Shown here one piece after another: positions 63,925 through 64,000 of a stretch of 64,000 bases of DNA. Numbering within the stretch: position 1 is the first letter of the stretch; every line of letters begins with the position of its first letter. Location: assembly GCF_003704095.1 (NCBI RefSeq), contig NW_020846635.1, positions 1 through 64,000 of the forward strand, given 5' to 3'. Made by a program: the position numbers and the translations under genes. Origin of the DNA: Pocillopora damicornis. Taxonomy: Eukaryota. The notes below the pieces were generated by a model, which saw only the letters and a list, made by a program, of their open reading frames with translations, ran no database searches and was not told the origin of the DNA.

Positions 63925-64000
63925 CTGTGAAATATCATCGTATATATCAGATGTAAATAAGGACAAATGGGACAGTGAGGCAAGGGAACAGCGTAGAATT

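Noticed and set aside
1-64000. CRISPR arrays, operons or prokaryotic defence systems
   Set aside because: The sequence is spliceosomal-intron-rich animal DNA; the tandem repeats are two-unit duplications with no spacer structure.

Overview
Eukaryotic, AT-rich, intron-rich animal genomic DNA. The repeat families and gene architecture suggest an anthozoan or stony coral (inference). There are two assembly gaps (7209-7308, 22831-23038). Reading GT-AG splice sites by hand gives five plus-strand genes in tandem: CERT1/COL4A3BP ceramide transfer protein (14 exons, 626 aa, PH-FFAT-START), a CCDC122-like coiled-coil gene (3' end unresolved), an intronless clan-2 (CYP1/CYP17-like) cytochrome P450, TICRR/treslin (18 exons, ~1939 aa) and RASA1/p120RasGAP (25 exons, 921 aa). 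The last two exons of a convergent minus-strand guanylyl cyclase, which the ORF track misses, lie at the right edge. Introns carry TTAA-flanked MITEs, a tRNA-derived SINE with TSD, a 5-bp-TSD hAT-like MITE, foldback elements and a 5'-inverted Penelope fragment with a variant hammerhead ribozyme. The most notable signal is a candidate regulatory module for the P450: its upstream region has two identical canonical AHR/XRE elements and a strongly enriched cluster of CAAGGT nuclear-receptor half-sites. The human homologues of the neighbouring genes fall in the 5q13-14/15q24-26 paralogon that also holds CYP1A. All gene models and homology calls come from reading the sequence and recalling family motifs, not from searches.
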